NCBI GenBank assembly: GCA_049999805.1
Contig: JBNGIO010006356.1
Span: forward strand, 1 to 64,000
From: Folioceros fuciformis
Taxonomy: Eukaryota
Direction: 5' to 3'
DNA length: 64,000 bases
Shown: positions 42,184-54,849 of the stretch, piece by piece
Layout of the letters: each line of letters opens with the position of its first letter
Numbering within the stretch: position 1 is the first letter of the stretch
Notes under the pieces: generated by a model
Databases searched by the model: none
Seen by the model: the letters and a program-made list of their open reading frames with translations, nothing else
What the model was told of the DNA's origin: nothing
Position numbers and translations under genes: made by a program

Positions 42184-44654
42184 ATGGAGCGTGACGTGTT
42201 GGGGCGGTACGATGTCCGAAGCACAGCCTCATATATCGTCTCCAAAGGCTTTTCCATCGTCGCTCTTCAGGTGTGTGTCGTGTGAGTTGGTGATTTGTGA
42301 GGCACCATTAGATATTCTACATTGTTATCTTGGATCCTCTGGATTAGGCTCCTCAGACGTTGATATTGAGTCCCATTTCCCTATTTGTGCAGTTCCCCGA
42401 TGGGCTCCTGAAGGACAGCGTTGCTGTGACGATCGCCCTGCAGAAGGAGCTGTCCAGGGTTTCGGAAAACGGGCACCTCGTGAAACTCTTTGTAATGGCT
42501 GATACCACTTACGGGAGCTGCTGTGTTGACGAAGTTGCCGCGGCTCATGTGAATGCTGAGTGCATAATCCATTACGGGCACGCCTGCCATAGTCTGTAAG
42601 CAGTCATAGAAGGATGCGTTGTGAAGGGACCGGATTGTTTCAAGGCCGAAATCTGCTTATGCTTGTGGTAGGTGGAAGGACCAACCCCTCCATGCTTCTG
42701 TGGTGCAGGACGTCGAGGTTGCCGGTGTTCTACGTGTATGGCAAAGCAGAGCTGGATGTGGACCACTGCGGAAACATTTTCTGGAGTCACATGGCTTCGA
42801 AGGGACGTGTGCTGGTGTGTATGAATTCTCCCTTTGAACTTATTTTCAGATTCTACAAGCGGAGACCTGCAATATCAATGGTCGCCTTACGTCTGGGGTA
42901 CAGGTGCTGTTTGGGTTAGAATACTCTCATGCAATGCCGTACCTCAAGGAGAAGGTATCCCAAAATCACGTAGCAGGCCGCCTTGAGGTACAGTTTGCAG
43001 AAGTGGTCTGCAGAGAGGCAAGACCTGGAATTTTTGTGACAGGGAGCTGTGGCACAGCGAGACAGGGAGAGTTGAGTAGTGAGGATGAATCAGGAAACAG
43101 ATTATTGCGTGATGTTGAAAGGAGATCCTCTGCAGAACGAGCATCGACGACCGTGCCTGAAGTAGACAAGGGCAGCCAAGTTCACAGATTAGGAGGTCTT
43201 AGGTGGTGCGTAGGTGAGGGTATGGCGATGGAGGACTTCACCATTCTCTGGGTTGGAGACGAAGGTCCAGCCTTGGCAAATGTTATGCTGACCTACAACT
43301 GTTGCAGTGTGAGTGCGTTACTTGCTGCATTTTGCAGCCGTTACAGTTGTGCAGTTGGTTGAACTGGCCTGGGTGGTTCTTTGTCATCCACAGGTGCTTA
43401 GATATGATGCAGCTCAAAAGCTGTTATGTTCCGATGTTGCCAGTCAGAGCCGGACCCTCAAACGAAGGTATTTCTCTTGTCGTCCTGGTGATTCGGCATC
43501 TCCATGGAGGTAGCTGTTGATCCTTGCTGTCTTTTGATCACAGGTATTACCTAGTGGAGCGAGCAAAGGATGCAAACATTGTGGGAATTGTGGTCGGCAC
43601 GCTTGGAGTCGGTGCGTAGCAACCAGAGTCTGTGAGTAATGGTTGTGAGGAGAAATGGTTGAAAGAGTTACTTGTTCCCGGATCTTCACCATTTATATTC
43701 CACGTCTGGCATCCTGCAGCCGGTTACAAGGAAGCCATTCAGCACCTCAGGGACATCATTACTGCGGCTGGTAAGAAATCATACGTCTTGCTGATGGGCA
43801 AGCCAAACCCAGCAAAGCTTGCAAACTTTCCCGAGGTATTCAAGGTTTCTTCTGCCCTTGTTGATTATTGTCTGCATGCGTAGTGTGCTTTCACAAAGAG
43901 GAGTGATGTTTTACTGGCAGTTGTGAGAGCCTGTTTCTTAATTGTCTACGGACATGGCTGTGCCTGGGCAGTGTGAAGTATTCGTCCACGTAGCATGTCC
44001 CCAAACAGCTTTGCTAGACAGCAAGGAGTATTTGGCCCCTCTGATCACCCCGTACGAGGCACAGCTTGCATTTTTAAGGTGGTGTGGCCACCTTCAGTGA
44101 TCTTATCTCCAGTTTTAACAGGCTTCATGCTTGTGGTTGAGTCCTGGATTCACTACTGACTTGCGTGGTCATGAGCTTGTAGGGGAAGTGAATGGAGCGG
44201 AGCATACAGGCTGGATTTCCAGAGGCTTGTGCCCGAACAGTCTGCACCTACAGCAGATGAGGGCCCTCGCTTCTCACTAGTGCAAGGGCATTACGTTGGC
44301 GAAGAACCTAGTACCTCATCGCCAGCAGCCGGTCGGTAATGTTTCCTGAATGGTTATGTTGGCCAAATCTGAAAAGCCATTGCATGACCAGTCTCGTGTC
44401 CTTTGTTTCCTTTCGCAGACGGGGAAAAGAGGTCGTCCAGAGCATTGGTCCTGGCAAAGGCTGCAGAGCATGCCCTCCAGCTGAACTCGACCTCCAATCT
44501 CAAGCCGACGATTAAGTCCAGCGCTGAGTACCTGGCCGTTAGAAGCTACCAAGGTCTCGAGGTTCACAGAAAAGGAGAAGGCCCCGACCCCCCAGCTGGA
44601 GTATTGATGGGCAGGAAAGGGCGGGCCGCTGGGTACTCCGAGGAAGCGTCCTGA
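42184..44654 (+). CDS. DPH2: Diphthamide biosynthesis protein 2 (DPH1/DPH2 family), multi-exon
   Basis: Motifs VALQ|FPDGLLKDS, MADTTYGSCCVDEVAAAH, IHYGHAC, GKPNPAKLANFPE and VACPQTALLDSKEY. The C-terminal RSYQGL...GRKGRAAGYSEE is typical of DPH2. Confidence 0.92.
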
Positions 44655-47600
44655 ATCAGAGGAAAGGAAAGGATAGCACTGGTTGCTTGCATCTCGAAGG
44701 CTCATTCGAGAGAAGGCCTTGGGTTTAATAACGGCATCTTGATTTGCGTGTTTGCGTCGTCGAGGGGTCAACCGGAGAGAGGAGGGTGTGCCCAGAGCTT
44801 CAAAGGGGCACGCCAAAAAACATGTGGGTGCAGGTGAGGCTGGGGCCAGGGCATCCGGATGCAATCCTGCTACATCCCAGAAACAGTGGCTGTGCACCGA
44901 AATGCTGTCACCTTCTCGAGGTCCGAAGCCCAGCAGTTGAGCCGAAAGATGGAAACAGGCGGTGCTGGTACCGTAGGTGAGGCAAGTGGGGCCTGGGCTG
45001 GTTTGTCCTGTCGTCTCGTCGCGTCTGGATGTGGGATAGGACCGGCAGGATTGTGCCATCTTGCGGGGTCCCACAACCCCTAATTCTGGGGACGACGCTC
45101 TTTTGACTGGTCGCTGCAACTCTTCCTGTCTTCCGCTTTCACACGCCATCTCTCACACCGTCCGTGATGCTGCAGCTAATCCCTGCCCACAGCCGATTGC
45201 GAGCGCCCAAGCCAATGCCATTGGCGGTGTCTATGTTCTTACACGTATCACTCAACTCACTGTGCATGCGGACATGTACGCATGTATGTACATCAGTGTG
45301 TCCTTGCAACGGCGTGCGCTCGTTTATGGCCTAGCGCTTTGTAGTGCATGAGGTGCATGATTGGGGCCCCAGAGCAAAGACGCGGTGACTTCCAATTTCA
45401 TCAGGAGCACGGAGAAGCAGTGCAGCGCACTGGCCGTCGTAATTCCCTCCTCCTGCTGCGTCTGTACTGCTCGTGTCCGGGGTCCCCGGCCAACGTGAAC
45501 GGGGTTCACCCGGTCCCTGCTCCTGCTGCTGGAATGACATCCGATGGCTGGCCCGCGCCTTCTTTTTTTATTTCCCCTCCTCTCGCCTCCTTTAGCAGGT
45601 TGCTGTTGGAAGTTGCAACTCGGCGACGGCGTGGTTGGTTTGAAATTTGAAAGGCTGCATGCAGCGGCTATGCCGGGACCCGTTCCTGTTGCTGCCAAAG
45701 GCTTCGTAGGGCTAACTTGGACTGCCTCACTGCGGCCATCTCCTGTGTGGCCTACACCTTTCTTGCAAGCCATGGAGCTAGGAGCCATCCGGCCGCCATG
45801 CCCTACGAGCCGGGGCCGGTATTCGATTCTTTGCAAGGGGCAACAGGTGAGGTGCGAGTCGGGACTTTCAAATCTTGAACGCCACGCCTTCGCTCAGCAA
45901 TGTTGTCACTCCAGGATCTCCGCTTCGCCCTTTCTCCTAGGATTCATCATGCCAGATGGCCCCTCGCTTTCCGTCCGCTGCTGAAGGATGCCACACGAAA
46001 GCTTCCTTGCTGAGGATGAAGTAGATATGTTTGTACATATATGCCAATCTACATCTATTGCACTACACCACATGTAGAAAAGTAGAAAGCTTGTGGACAG
46101 GTGCCAAGTCCAGCCTTTCGCCTACATGCGTAGGCTACTTGTTGTGATGATGCAATGCAGTGGGCAAGCAAGAGGTGCGGCCATCATCGGCAACATGCGT
46201 GTGCCGGTTCCAGCTCCCGCTCCGCGTTCACTTCTGTTGCTGCTCATGTCATGTCATGGATCACAGCTCGCGGCGGGAATCTACGTCACGACCGACACCT
46301 ACCGTCGGGCTCGGTCATTAATGGCGGGGGCGGGCAGAATAGTCGGGCAAATCAGCCTAACCTGATTGGCGTTCTCATTCTTAATTTGTAAAGAACCGTT
46401 ATAAAGATTTGAATCTACTGATTTGTATGGACTGGTTATTTCCGTTGGCTGTAAAAAACGCAAAAGGCGCAGCAGGCGGCCAGGCTCTCACCACAGTCCG
46501 GTCCAGTGCAGTGCCGCGGTGGCGTCTCGTCTCGGTTCCCCCGTCGTCGCCTCATCAGCCTCTCGCAGCCTTGCAGCAGGTCTGGCAGCATCTGCGGGCG
46601 AGTGCGCGAGCGGAGCCCAGCTCTCGCTCATCACCGGCATCCGCTACAGCCTCCGCTCCCGCCCCAAGGCACTCAAACCGCCCACACATCCTCCTCCAAT
46701 CGGCCCGCGCTGCGCCGACGGCGGCCGGCGCCTGTTTACTGCACTCTCCGACGACTCCTACTAGGTACCGTCCCGTCACGCAATTCCATGCCTCCCTTCA
46801 TCGCTGCCGCATCGCTGCCTCAGCGGCACAGTAGCAGCTCAGATGCGCCATTACCTTCTCTTGTGGCCTCTACCTGTTTCCCGCCTGCCTGCTTGCCTCC
46901 TAGCTCTGGTACGTGCATCACCTCCGGCTGCGTAGGAGCGAAAGCAGGAAAATATCTCGCATTTCGGCTCAAGAAATTTGTAGGCTGCGTGAATGCGTTC
47001 CTATGCTTCTGTGCTCTTGTTGAGCTCCGGACATGGAGTTTTTCTGCATGTGTAACTTGTAGCTTTTCGCCGCTGTAGCGTACTGTTGCAGTGAGGCTGC
47101 CAGTCCCTTGTAGTGAGTCTGCTCAAGGATTTCGCGCCCGCCTTTCCGCTCCTCGATCGCAATGTTCGGGGCCAATCGCATCCTGGTGTGATGTATGTGT
47201 GATCGTCCGGAAGTTCCACATTCTGCTACATTCCGCGGGATGTATAGGTCGCATTTGTCTGAATCTGTCGTGAGATTTGAATTGCTTCCGAGCTCTTCTC
47301 TCTCCTGAAGCCATTGCGAGGCTCTGAGCCTTTGATGCTGTGAGGTGGTAGTGAAGGGAGCCTGTCGCATGCGGTTGTCTGAATTCGAAAGTTTCGCGGT
47401 GTGATTTGGGCTGTCGGGATTTGCAGGAATGTTGAGGGATTTCCGCAAGTTGTACGTCGGGCGCGCGCGTGACCGGCTGCTGCGAGCAGGGCTTGGAGGA
47501 TTTGATTCGTAGCTTTGAGCTGCACGACATTGGCCACTGTGGTTGTGTGCTATGAAGGACTCTAGTATGTGCGGGATTTTGGAGGCATTTTGAGTGACCG

Positions 47601-47700
47601 GACTACGCCCTGTCCGAAATGGAAGTGGACAGGAGAGTTGGAGACTGACAGAGCTGGAAGAGCGGGGTAATGCGAGAGACGTAACAACTAGGAAGACAGG

Positions 47701-50315
47701 ATGAAGCCAGGCGTACACCCAGACCCCGAGCTCGAGGAATACGTGGCCACGTCCCGGGGGCTTATTGAGGCCGTACTGGCATCGGACGAGGCCGCAGTCT
47801 CCGCATCTCTTGAGAACAAGTACTGTGACGTTAACTATAAGGGAACCTTCAGCTTCCGAGTCAAGTTTGCAGATTCTGTGCAACATGAAGAAGCGGCAGA
47901 TGAAGTCACCATTGGGTACGAGCAGTTCAAGCAGGATATAACACCGCTGTTTGCTGCTGCTCACGTTGGCCACATCGAGATTGTCAAGAAATTGGTGGTC
48001 AGTGTCTGCCGTTCTACTCTACCCAGAGTCAAACACCTTGGACAGCATGTCTTTCACAATCTTTGTACTTGTCATCTTGTTCCTGCCATCCTGTTTACTC
48101 CCTGCTAATTGCACACTAACACGCAGAGTGATGCCTCCCTTTCTTGCCCCTTGTTTATCGTCAGGCGGCAGGAGCGGATGTGAACGAGAAACACTTTCGT
48201 GGTTACTCCACAAGTGCCGCTGTCAGGGAGGATCATTTTGAAATACTGAAGATCCTTCTCAGAGCAGGGGCTCAACAGCCTGCCTTAGAAGCTGCTCTTC
48301 TAGAAGCTTGTCTGTTTGGACGAGCAAAGGCAGCCGAGCTTCTGATAAGCTCAGAAATGATTCGCCCCGAGATTTTAGCCCAGGGATTTGTACATGCAAG
48401 CAGCCGTGGTTTTGTTGACACAGTTGCGACTTTGATTTCGGTACAAATCTCTACTCCTTCCCTCTTATTTTGCTGTATATCATGAAGGCCATCACTAACG
48501 TGTGATGTGTCTTGCCTGTCTGTAGAGTGGAGTGGATGTGAATTTAATCCATAGATATCTTCTTCGGTCAGCAAAACCTTCTCTGCATGCCAACCTGAAC
48601 TGCACACCTCTTGTTGCTGCAATAGTCGCACGACAAGCCTCTGTGGTGAAGTATCTCTTAGAGGTAAGCTATAAATCCACCCTGAAGAACCATTCAGCAC
48701 TTTTCAACTCTACGGTGCGGGCCGCTCATTGCTCGGGTGCTGGTTCCTATTTCCTGTGCAGGCAGGAGCGAAAACTGATTGCCTTGTTACCCTTGGCGCA
48801 TGGTCGTGGGATGCTGGCTTCGGGGAGGAATTGCGTGTTGGAGCCGGGCTATCAGAACCTTACAATGAGGCGTTCTGTGCAGTGGAATATTGGGAGACGA
48901 ACGGTGACATCTTGCGAATGCTCCTTCAGCATCTGTCACCCGACTGTGCATCGAATGGTAGAACGTTGCTCTGCCATGCCATTCTCTGCCGGAACGCCCC
49001 TGCTATCAAGGTCCTCCTGGTAGCTGAAGCTGATGCAGATCGCCGTCTACACACAAAGGACGGTCACGAGTTTCGCCCGCTTCATTTAATAGCAAAAGCT
49101 GGATTTACAGAGGGCCTAAAGCTGTTTCTAGCTCATGGGTGCAACATGAATGTGATAATGGACAATGGGGATACACCCCTTATGGTAAGTGCCAGGTGCA
49201 AGCACAGGGATTGTCTGAAAGAACTTTTGTACGCCGGTGCTGATTTCGGGCTGCTCAATAGAGATGGTCACAGTGTGATGAGCATTGCTGAAGCAAATGG
49301 AAGTGGATCCCTGTTGAAGGTCCTTGTGTGGGATGCTTTAAGGGCTGGTCAACCTATTTATTCCAGCGATCCGCAGGTGTTCTCGTCTTTGCACATGGTT
49401 GCCCGTAAAGGTGATGCTGCATTGCTTCAGAAGGTGCTGCAACAACCTAATATTAACCTCGACTCTAGAGATAAGTATGGCTATACGGCAGCTATGATAG
49501 CTGCACAGGAAGGGCAGATTGAGCTGTTTAAATTGCTCGTATTTGCTGGGGCAAATATCGGTCTGAAAACTAGGAAGGGGGAGACTGCTATTGCACTGGC
49601 CCAAGGGAAAGGGATTGTAGAGGGCTTGGAATGGATTCTTTTAGATGCTATCATGGCCAACATTTTGAAAGGTGAGGATTTTAAGCCTCTCCACTTTGCT
49701 GCCCGTCGGGGGCATCTAGAAGCCTTGTCTCAACTGTTGCAAAGAGTAACCAGCATTAATTCCTGGGATGATGAAGAGTACACCCCCTTGATGTACTCAG
49801 CCAGGGAAGGGCATGTGGAGGCTTGTAAGCTTTTGCTTCTTGCTGGGGCAGATTACAGTGTGACGAACTCCAGAGGGGAAACTGCGTTATTGCTCGCAAG
49901 AAAGAATAGCTCATCCAAAGCGGCGGAGGAAGTCATTCTTGACCACCTGGCTAGAAGGTTTGTCATCATGGGGAGCCAGGTGTATAAGTATGTTAGGCAA
50001 GGCAAAGGGAAACCTCACGTCAAGTCTCTCCGTATCACGAAGTCTGGTGTGCTGACTTGGGGTGATTCCAAGAGACGCAATGTGGTTTGCAAAGAAGCAG
50101 TCCTCGGTTCAAGCTCTACTTTCCAACGGAATCGTAGGCACAAGGGAGACCCACACAAACCTGAGCTTTTTATGGTCATCACAGTCTCAGGTAGGGAGAT
50201 ACATTTTGAAGCACCCTCTGCTTCCAACGCCGAGCTGTGGGTTAGGGGTATCAACCTGGTCGTTAAAGAGGCAGCATCCTCAATCACTGCTGTATCTGCG
50301 AAGTACCCGCACTGA
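47701..50315 (+). CDS. Ankyrin-repeat protein with a C-terminal PH-like domain (plant-conserved family), multi-exon
   Basis: Multiple ANK consensus repeats (TPLFAAAHVGH, GDTPLMVSA, GYTAAMIAAQEG, PLHFAARRGH, YTPLMYSAREGH). C-terminal GKPHVK...GVLTWG...IHFEA...AELWVRGINL is PH-like. Confidence 0.9.
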
Positions 50316-51400
50316 AGGACGTGATAAGGAGCGGAGTTCTCTTTTCATACACTGCTGCAGGATGCGTTGGTGACTCGTTTTTCCCACTGGATCTCCTTGT
50401 GGTGGTTTTTTGCCATCTTCACAGGACATGGTGAGCCTACTCCCTCTACTCCTGTCATCTTCTTAAGCAATGGGATACGAACCTGAGCAAAGTTCTTATC
50501 CTTTTTTTTAAGAGCTTATGACGGTGGACTTCAATAGCAGTACTGTACCGCTTCCCCTGCTTTCGTCAAAGCCGAAGCTGCGTACGAGCCAGCCAACCTT
50601 TGTGGTGGCATGTCAGGTAGTTGTATGTATCTGAAGTAAGGATCGCACGTCATGAAAGTTTTTAGTCTTATATATATATTGTGGTCTGTTTCTATCATCG
50701 TCAAGCGCAGGAGAGTTGTGAATATAGCTGATGCTCCTGAGTGCATTGCTCGATGTCCACAACAGAAGCTTGTCTCAAGTCCGTCTGTCAGCGTTTGTAT
50801 CAACTATCACAGTGCGCTCCTGTCTCATAATTGCACCATGGCTTGCATAGTTAACAACATAATAGAACCCTGACCTATTGCATGACTACATCGACAACGT
50901 ACCCTGGGTGTGCTATATCACGTGCAACGTCGGCCGTTCAGAGGACAAATTAACTGTAACTGACGCAAATTGATAATATGGCTCTAATTCGAGCGGCGAT
51001 ATGGCACCTACAACATCTTCCAAGCTGCAACGCCGCAAGCTAAGCAAAGCAGAGGCAGAATTGGCACTAGCATTCCACAGAATTATCACTACCTGCAAAT
51101 CTATCCTGCCAAGGCAACTCCAAATGTAAGTAATGTAGAGGGCGTCACGGAATGTAACTCAGGAATATGAACAAGTCGCTACAAGAGTAATTACAAACTA
51201 GGTTGTCGAAAATTGTAGGCACCTCCAAAATTCTTCCGACCTCGACCTACACTCTCAAAATGGGGCCATTCTCTTCCGACTTGGATAATTACAGGTGAAT
51301 CTAGAGGATCTAAGAATCGAAGACCCCAGCTGTCGAAAACACGTAATGTACAAAACAACTGCAAGCAGCGGGATGCTTTCAACGCGATAAGGGGAAAAAC

Positions 51401-53175
51401 TTATCTGTTCGCCGCATTGGAGGGAGATTTGAACGGGGGACTCATGGACTCGGCCATCTTGCTTGCCATCACACCAGAATTACCCATGTCGGCTTTGCCC
51501 TTGAGCTTCGATACCGGCATAGAAGGTTCCGAGCTTCCAGTAGAGGCCGCTTCATTTGTTTCGTGCTCGGAACTCACATCCAGCTCGATAAACAGATGAT
51601 CAAGCTCCTGAGATCTGTTAGTGACCAGCAGTTCTTCACTCAGAAACTGGATGATACCATCCATGGATGGCCGTCTCCTCGGGTGGTCCTCCATGCACAA
51701 GATTGCCAGCTCCAGGATTTTCTTTACTTCCCACAGAGGAGGGTGTGACTGAGAAGGAAGGTGGGTCATCTGAGGATCTACTAGGGACTGGACATTGGCG
51801 GCCAGTGATGCCCTCACCTGAGTATCAAGCAATACACAGACAAGGGTCGGCATAGCGTTAAGCAACACTTGATCCTACAAAGGAGCAGCATCTCAGAGAG
51901 CTTTCTTTCCAGACTGGGAATCCTTACCCATTCTTTCTGTTTCAAGTTTCCAGAATTTGCAGCAGTTAGCAGCCTCCAAGGCCGTCTTCCGGTGATCATC
52001 TCTAACAGCAGAAAGCCATAGCTGTAGCAGTCGCTCTTCACACAAGGTATTTCCACCTTTAAAGCCAGTTCTGGCCGCAGAGACGGAAACATACGATCGA
52101 TGAGCACAGCTAGCAACATAGTCGAATCGGCTTTAGGGACTTAGGGTTCTCAGGCGAGGGACATCTTACCAGGGGCCATGTAACCCATAGCCCACTCAAT
52201 GTCTGGAATCTGAGTGGGCTTTTTACGAATGACTGGGCGGCCGATGTGAAAATCAATCAGCTTCGGTGTCAAATCGTCGGTTAGCATAATATTGCTAGAC
52301 TTCAGAGCTCCGTGGATTATGCAAGGCTTGAGATTATGCAGGTAGTTGAGCCCCTCAGCCACTCCAAGCATTATTGCCTTCCTTTTGTCCCAGTCGAGAA
52401 ATACAGGCCCTGTGCTGTCGCCTGTGTTTGAACACACGCACGAGTTAGGAGACTGTCCTTGTCATGCGACGGTCGCAAAACCCATAGGGAAGCCAACAAT
52501 TTGGAACAGTGGAGGGAAACGAACCATGGAGCATCGCATCCAGGCTGCCCTGGCGGAAATACTCGAATACGAAGACCTTTTCCAGGAACGTGCTGCTATA
52601 TCCCAATAGCTTGGCCACATTCTTGTGAGACGTTCGTGCGATGCAGACCACGTCAGATTCAAACTCGTGCTTAGGCTGTCCACAACCGTAGTCACCGTTA
52701 GCAAAAACTGAGACCAAACCTTCAACCATCGTGTGCAGGGGTGACGGGATGAATACCCTGCTGCGAGCACTTTTCAGGCGTTTCACTGCTATCGTTGAGC
52801 CCTCCAGTGTATTCCCCTTGTAGACAGTCGCGTAGGTGTTCTCCCCAACCACGAAATCCGCACCGAATCCACGGGTAGCAAGCTTCACATCATGCCAATG
52901 ATAGCGCTTACCAAGAAGTATCGTGGATGCATAGTCAGCCTCATCTGCGAGCACAAAACCAATGGTTACGGAAAAGAACCAACCCACAGCTGCCCTCCCC
53001 CTACCAGCAACTCACAACCATGAAACATGATTCCGAATGTGAACTCACCGCGGGGAGGCGAATTCTCAACACGATGTTTTTCAGTAAAAGACATAATCAG
53101 AAGACAGGCAAGATGCCTGGAAATCCAATCGCCACGAGGGCTACCCTGGTTGCGGCAATGCTGTGGGTCTGGCAT
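51401..53175 (-). CDS. Receptor-like cytoplasmic kinase-type protein, probable pseudokinase, multi-exon; start uncertain
   Basis: RLK/Pelle motifs: ATRGF, IAVKRL, HKNVAKLLGY, FEYFRQGSL, LDWDKRKAIMLGVAEGLNYLH, GYMAPE, KSDCYSYGFLLLEMITGRRP and RRPSM. The catalytic loop reads HGALKSSN and DFG reads DFH. Confidence 0.8.
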
Positions 53176-54849
53176 TCGCACTCCGACAACAATTCGAATG
53201 CTGGAAATCACCAGCTGCAGCCTGCAGCAGGACAACGCCACGCACACACATGGCAGCTCAGCATTTCACTGGGATCCGTAAGTCCACTCATCTGCTGTCC
53301 ACTTCCGGACTTACTCACTTTGAGAAGAGGAGAGCTGACAGGAAGTTCGCAAGATCCGGCCGGGATGCGCACACCCGTGCCCAACAATCGCAGGCCAGTC
53401 GTCCACCGGAATCAAGTAGCAGTTCAGAACTCTAGCGATCGTTGCTGGCCCAACCTCGTCCTCCGTTCCGCTTAGGGCAGCTGGCCTGGACATTGGCTTG
53501 CCTTGAGCTCAGTCTCACGCCTCCATGGACGACCACGCTCCCCATGGCGGCTTCTCCAGCCCCGAAATTAGGAGAGGGCGCTTAGTAGACGCCTGATCTC
53601 CGACACCATCGATTCCCGCAAAACCGCACGAAGCCCGAGAGCAATCTAATCCAGAGGGGCGGTCCAGGGGCAGCGCACAACCCACGAAGCTGGCTTGGCT
53701 CACAAGCAATTCGCACCCACACAGGTGCCGAGAGGAGCTGCAGGGTGGAAGCGGGAGGACCGGATGTGAAAAAAGAGACGAGCGGACGCATTGGGGGCAC
53801 GTAGGAACGGACCCACCTCGGGGGAGGTCGAGATCTACTCGCTTGGAACTGACCCGGCGCCGCAAACACTGTCGAAGGTTCCGTTGACATGCCGGACATG
53901 CACATACACATCCTTACATCAATATGCACATATGTGTGTGTAGTTGCAAGAAGGAGCACCTTGTAACGTCCTTTTGTTGGGCTACATGGCTCCATGGAAT
54001 CGATTCAGGTGTGGATATCCTGTGCAGATCCTGATGCTGTGGGTGTGGCCGTGCAACTATGCCAACCTCTTGGAAGCCTACTGTGTGTAGTTGCGCAAAC
54101 GATTCTCCTATTCATGCCCATGACCCTGGGGCCCGGAGCCGGTGGCCCGGGGACTGGGGCCTGGAGGCCTGGGCCGGAGTACAGTCATCAGGTACGCCAT
54201 GCCTCCCTCCTTGCTTTAGGGGGCAATTCGGGAACCGAGGGCCTCGCCTCCAGTGGCGCTTTCGTATTTGGAGACAAACCAGCAGGCACAAATCTGGCGC
54301 AGTGGCGCATACATTTGTACCTGTTTACCTCCGATCTTTCCGCTGGCAACAGCTGCCAACGAAATCTGTCGCATGTCCGTCTCCTATTGCGACGCACCAG
54401 GGCTCGGGTCAGGGCCAGCGAGGGCCGGGGCAGGGCCCATCCAGTTGCGCACACGGGACTTGTCTCCCCTCTTGCTCAAGAACGACGGAAGACTCTTAGA
54501 TGCCAACAACATTTCCTTACCCCCACAACGGCCACGAGTAATTAATAAATCCATTTTATTTCTCATGAATCTGTATTAACGTCAAACAACAAAACAGAGC
54601 CCTCTCCCGCTTTCGAATCCCCTAAATCTGTACTGTAAGTCTACAGATATCTACACACATATGCGGACAGGGTAGCATTGAGAGCAGAATTCCTAGAGCT
54701 GTGCAGTGATATTTGGCCGGAGACGACGCACACTGGTGCTGTGGAGGTTGTGAGGGCGCGTACTGTGAATTGTGCCTGCCCAGCTTGATTTCCGCGAAGT
54801 CGCCCTGCAAGCCAGCGGATTGGCGGGAAATCTGGAATGCCAGATTTTA

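Noticed and set aside
44316-45984. ORFs of 100-277 aa downstream of DPH2, and a possible miRNA or peptide-hormone locus
   Set aside because: No recognisable domain, no convincing hairpin, and no conserved miRNA or CLE-type motif found by eye.
46969-47973. 334-aa minus-strand ORF
   Set aside because: Overlaps the leader and first exon of the ankyrin gene on the opposite strand, with no protein-like motifs.
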